A stretch of 36,326 bases of DNA from an uncultured Lentisphaerota bacterium (GTDB lineage: Bacteria; Verrucomicrobiota; Lentisphaeria; Oligosphaerales; CAJXKU01): NCBI GenBank assembly GCA_913055945.1, contig CAJXKU010000002.1, forward strand, positions 1-36,326. The letters are read 5' to 3'. A program made the position numbers and the translations under genes. The notes under the pieces are model-generated. The model did no database searches, was not told the origin of the DNA, and saw only the letters and a list, made by a program, of their open reading frames with translations. Below are positions 33,742 through 36,326 of the stretch, piece by piece (positions within the stretch are counted from its first letter, which is position 1; each line of letters begins with the position of its first letter).

Positions 33742-33971
33742 ACTGCACCTCCAGACCCCTCTTCAGGGAAAATGTCTTGAGGTGAGCAGTGGAGTGCTTG
33801 AGCGAGTAGGTAAGACGTAACACGTTGGGCAGTACGTTTGCCGTTCAAGATGTCCGAAACCGTGGTCACGGCGAGCCCCGTCTGTCGGGCAAGATCGGCG
33901 CCCGTCACGCCCTGTCGTTTCATGGTAGTGGCAAGTTTGACGTTCGGTGTGGGGTTGTTGCGCTGTGTCAT
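33738..33971 (-). CDS. XRE/Cro-cI-type HTH transcriptional regulator
   Basis: MKRQGVTGADLARQTGLAVTTVSDILNGKR...LAQAL is a classic HTH_3 pattern. The ATG at 33971 has AAGGAGG 5 nt upstream. Confidence 0.75.
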   Translation of the reverse strand: MTQRNNPTPNVKLATTMKRQGVTGADLARQTGLAVTTVSDILNGKRTAQRVTSYLLAQALHCSPQDIFPEEGSGGAV

Positions 33972-33992
33972 TTTAGCCTCCTTCCCCCGGCC

Positions 33993-34036
33993 AAAAAAAA
34001 GCGACGAGCCGAGGTTGTTTCCTCGAACTCGCCGCC
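33993..34036 (-). terminator. strong intrinsic terminator immediately upstream of the XRE regulator RBS
   Basis: The minus strand reads GCGGCGAGttCGAGG-aaacaa-CCTCGgCTCGTCGC (about 13 bp with a small internal loop) followed by TTTTTTTT. The T-tract ends 21 nt before the ATG at 33971. Confidence 0.65.
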
Positions 34037-34106
34037 ACAGTCGCAACGTGAGTTAGGTTTTAATTACCGTGAATTACTGCCTGAAATCAGACAATGATCC
34101 CGGTTG

Positions 34107-34319
34107 TTAAGTCGTTGTGCAAGTTATTGTCGTAGTGTGTGTGCCGTGCTCCATTATATATTCATCTTTGCCTTCGGGTATGGATTTTGCCTTTGTTGCC
34201 CGTCGGTGCGTTTTCTCGTGGTTCTCTCTACAACACACCAAACCGCGTTCCAAACGATTGGCATGGACAAACCGACCGCAACCGGGCTTTGCGCATATTG
34301 TTTTGTCGCTGTCTGTCAT
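34107..34319 (-). CDS. 70-aa Cys-rich hypothetical protein (leader gene of the regulatory unit)
   Basis: The ATG at 34319 has gagagaagg upstream and lies ~25 nt downstream of a near-consensus promoter. It contains CAKPGCGRFV...CCRENH. The C-terminal tail is low-complexity (HGTHTTTITCTTT). Overlapping plus-strand ORFs show no signals. Confidence 0.45.
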   Translation of the reverse strand: MTDSDKTICAKPGCGRFVHANRLERGLVCCRENHEKTHRRATKAKSIPEGKDEYIMEHGTHTTTITCTTT

Positions 34320-34348
34320 AAATAAACCTTCTCTCTTATTATTACTAT

Positions 34349-34377
34349 ACTATATGTAATTTTTTTCGATTTGTCAA
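34349..34377 (-). promoter_or_regulatory. near-consensus sigma70-type promoter (TTGACA-17-TATAGT)
   Basis: The minus strand reads TTGACA (34372-34377), a 17-nt spacer aatcgaaaaaaattaca, then TATAGT (34349-34354). The -35 lies inside an imperfect hairpin (ttgtcaac...gttgtgacaa, 34371-34396). Confidence 0.55.
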
Positions 34378-34484
34378 CCCCAACATGTTGTGACAACGTT
34401 TTTTTCGACACCCTCGCTCTATCTCGCACCCCACCCCGATTTTGCCTTTCAGATTGCCGCTTTAACGCCGTCAAAAGTGTTTTT

Positions 34485-35792
34485 TTACGTGTTCTGATCT
34501 TGAGCATGTTTGAGCATATCTCTCACTTCTCCAATGGGGAGACTGTCTACCAACTCGTGCAATCGTTCGCGTTCAGGATCTTTTGTCTGCGGACTTTCCC
34601 CCGGCCCGGATGTCAACTTCGGCAACTGGTCGAAGCCAGTAATAAGCGTGTCACCCAGTCCCGCCCGAATGTAGTACTGATCCGTAGTCTGAATCGAGTC
34701 TCCAAGCATTCGTGCCAGCCATACGCTCTTGCATCCTGCCATTGCCGCCTGAGTGGCGAATGTTGCCCGCAGGCTGTGGGCGCCGTATGCTGACCTTTGG
34801 ACTTTGCGTTGTCCGTGCGTTTCGTTGTGCTTTTTGCCGTCGCCAGCTACCTGCTGCACAAGAGTTACGATCCGTTTATGAATCGCATCCGCGTTTCGTT
34901 CGTACTGCTCGACAAGCCCCGGAAAGAGGTAATCTTGATCGTTACCCGCCATGCTTTCCAATGTAATAATTTCGTTATATAACGGCTGTAAAAGCGGCAC
35001 TTCAGCTTCCTTGCCCTTGCTTCCTGTTTTGCGTGGCGTGTAAGTCAACGCCCCGCGATTAAGGTCGATGTTATGCCAGCACATTGTAACCGCATCAATG
35101 AGTCGCGTGCCCGCGTACAGGCACATCTTTACCACAATCCGGCATTCGTTCGGGCAGGGCAGGTCGACGTGTGGTTCATCAAGTTTCTGCAGTAATGCCG
35201 TCACCTGCTGGCAGGATAATGGGAGACGCTTTTGTTTCGTTTCTGTTTTGCGCAGGCTGGGGTCGTGCCACTTGTTTTCGGCGATCCCGTATTTATTCGC
35301 CAGCGCTTTCGTGATATGTCCCAAGCTGTTTTTCTTGTAATGATACGTGTTCGCGCTTATTCCGCTCTCCCAAAGGTGCTGACAATACTCTGCGGCTATA
35401 TCCCCGGATACATCCGTGAACGATGTAATCACCGGGTAATTACTCTGTAGCCATTCGATAAACTCATTCAGGTGCCTTTTGTAATTGCCGAGCGTGCCCT
35501 GACTTGCCGAGGGGTTTGTCTGCATGAATGCCGTCCATACATCCCCCAAGGGCAGGTCTTTTTGTTGCATGAGCTTTTTAGCTTTCGCAGCTTCATGGAG
35601 GACGTCTGCCTTGTCTTTCGCCGCCACCCCGCGCTGAAGATCCTCTGCCTGTTTTTGCGCTTCAGCTTTATTACGAGTTCTGAGGCTTTTCTTGTGGCGC
35701 TTGCCGTTCGCATCAGACCACCAGAAATAAAACATCCCGTTCGCTGCCTTGCTGATAGTGCCGCTTCCCCGTGAACGCCGTTTCCTACTCAT
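34485..35792 (-). CDS. int: tyrosine recombinase / phage-type integrase
   Basis: The ATG at 35792 is preceded by AAGGAG. The N-terminal arm-binding-type region is GTISKAANGMFYFWWSDANGKRHKKSL. Catalytic motifs are GTRLIDA (Arg I), AHSLRATFAT (H-x-x-R) and LGDSIQTTDQYY (Tyr). It lies adjacent to attR. Confidence 0.9.
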   Translation of the reverse strand: MSRKRRSRGSGTISKAANGMFYFWWSDANGKRHKKSLRTRNKAEAQKQAEDLQRGVAAKDKADVLHEAAKAKKLMQQKDLPLGDVWTAFMQTNPSASQGTLGNYKRHLNEFIEWLQSNYPVITSFTDVSGDIAAEYCQHLWESGISANTYHYKKNSLGHITKALANKYGIAENKWHDPSLRKTETKQKRLPLSCQQVTALLQKLDEPHVDLPCPNECRIVVKMCLYAGTRLIDAVTMCWHNIDLNRGALTYTPRKTGSKGKEAEVPLLQPLYNEIITLESMAGNDQDYLFPGLVEQYERNADAIHKRIVTLVQQVAGDGKKHNETHGQRKVQRSAYGAHSLRATFATQAAMAGCKSVWLARMLGDSIQTTDQYYIRAGLGDTLITGFDQLPKLTSGPGESPQTKDPERERLHELVDSLPIGEVRDMLKHAQDQNT

Positions 35793-35849
35793 GGTTGCAA
35801 CTCCTTTATTTTGTCGTTTTGAGCTACTGGCTGTCCTTCTCAGTACAGT

Positions 35850-35892
35850 ACTATAAAGCATAAAATAAAGAAATGCAACCAATAAGTAACCA
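35850..35892 (-). promoter_or_regulatory. candidate int promoter (TTGCAT-17-TATAGT) with an adjacent TAAGTAACCA arm-type repeat
   Basis: On the minus strand the -35 is TTGCAT (35873-35878), the spacer is 17 nt, and the -10 is TATAGT (35850-35855). The 10-mer taagtaacca at 35883-35892 sits just upstream of the -35. Confidence 0.4.
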
Positions 35893-35931
35893 ATATGTCT
35901 GTTTATCGCATTACGTCACCGTGTCTGCTAT

Positions 35932-35979
35932 ACGTTCGCAACGTGCAAGTCAGGGGTTCGAGTCCCCTCAGCTCCACCA
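35932..35979 (+). repeat. attR core (orphan 3' tRNA-Ala fragment)
   Basis: Identical to 24407-24454. It has no 5' tRNA half upstream (preceded by ...gtgtctgctat). Confidence 0.9.
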
Positions 35980-36294
35980 TGATTTTTCCTTCCCAGCCCT
36001 TGATTAACCGTCTTTATTGTCCTTCATGTTTTTGTCCAGTCAGACTGGATAGATAAAACGCTAACCAATCCGATACTGAAGCGTCCTTACAGGATGCAAT
36101 TGTTGGCGGCGTTCTTCCCCCCCAGGCTGGCGCCTGGGCTTCCGGCTCGCAGAGCCTACAGCTCGGAGAGGCTACGGTGAATCGGCCCCTTCGGGGCCTT
36201 ATACAATCTTCAATCATTGAATAGCGAATTGCTGGATGCTGAAGCATGAACGCCGACAAGTCGAAGATCTGAACTGAGCTCTATTACATCCTTA

Positions 36295-36326
36295 ATCCTA
36301 ATCGCAATCCTAATCGCAGTCTTAAT
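36295..36326. repeat. 12-nt tandem repeat running into the window edge
   Basis: atcctaatcgca atcctaatcgca gtcttaat..., also preceded by the related tccttaat. Confidence 0.6.

Larger units (their letters stand above)
24407..35979. mobile_element. ~11.5-kb integrative element (phage-satellite / PICI- or P4-like island) inserted in the 3' half of tRNA-Ala
   Basis: A perfect 48-nt direct repeat (acgttcgcaacgtgcaagtcaggggttcgagtcccctcagctccacca) lies at 24407-24454 and 35932-35979. Between the copies are a tyrosine integrase, HTH regulators, a helicase/primase pair, a nuclease and ORFans, all on the minus strand. I could recognise no capsid, tail, portal or large-terminase genes. Confidence 0.85.

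Noticed and set aside
29130-34396. A recurring TGTGACA motif (29130-29136 and 30052-30058 on the minus strand, 34389-34395 on the plus strand) as a shared operator
   Set aside because: There are only three copies of a 7-mer in ~11.5 kb of double-stranded DNA, which is close to chance expectation. Orientation and distance to starts are also inconsistent.
34371-34405. Hairpin plus T7 on the plus strand as a terminator for a divergent plus-strand gene (ORFs 34104-34359)
   Set aside because: The plus-strand ORFs lack an RBS or promoter and have hydrophobic, low-complexity translations. The same DNA is better explained as the -35 region of the near-consensus minus-strand promoter. A short antisense RNA cannot be excluded.
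24407-35979. Complete temperate prophage
   Set aside because: It is only ~11.5 kb, and I could recognise no capsid, portal, tail, large-terminase or endolysin motifs in any frame. A satellite or island interpretation is preferred. Very divergent structural genes among the ORFans cannot be excluded without profile searches.

Overview
This is a bacterial chromosomal window using the standard genetic code (TGA, TAA and TAG all end well-supported genes). All family calls rest on motif recognition by eye; no database search was possible.

**Left part (1-9980)**
- A degenerate ~93-nt tandem repeat sits at the window edge.
- A cluster of unknown function follows: NifX-like protein, DUF5320 protein, MBL-fold hydrolase, and a single-ORF fusion of two MinD/ParA-[4Fe-4S] ATPase modules.
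- An accessory stretch (about 4.4-7.4 kb) holds a hierarchical repeat. Units of 350-370 nt each carry three conserved hairpins flanked by 8-nt microsatellites.
- The same stretch holds a toxin-antitoxin pair whose ParE/RelE toxin has an in-frame TGA.
- A secreted (alpha/alpha)6-type glycoside hydrolase and a GT9 heptosyltransferase-like gene close this part.

**Core part (10197-24454)**
- Housekeeping genes, mostly on the minus strand: trpF-trpB-trpA, uvrC, dCMP deaminase, and a LysM lipoprotein.
- The canonical coaD-yceD-rpmF-plsX-fabH-fabD-fabG-acpP-fabF block.
- A plus-strand dihydroorotate-dehydrogenase-like gene and tRNA-Ala(CGC).

**Right part (24407-35979)**
- An ~11.5-kb integrative element lies in the 3' half of tRNA-Ala, bounded by a perfect 48-nt direct repeat.
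- It carries a tyrosine integrase, an XRE-type HTH regulator, an excisionase-like HTH protein, a P4/D5-type SF3 helicase, a separate CHC2-Toprim primase and an ERCC4-like nuclease.
- An iteron/AT-rich origin-like site lies between the helicase and primase genes.
- It has several ORFans but no recognisable capsid, tail or large-terminase genes, so it looks like a phage satellite or PICI/P4-like island.

**Most interesting content**
- The lead is a translationally coupled cassette at the integrase-distal end: ParB-N-domain protein, ComF-like PRTase-fold protein with a degenerate PRPP loop, GT-A-like glycosyltransferase, and a small HTH protein.
- I flag it as a candidate uncharacterised nucleic-acid modification or defence/counter-defence module.
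- The island also shows a twice-repeated 'promoter, small leader gene, strong intrinsic terminator, long operon' layout.
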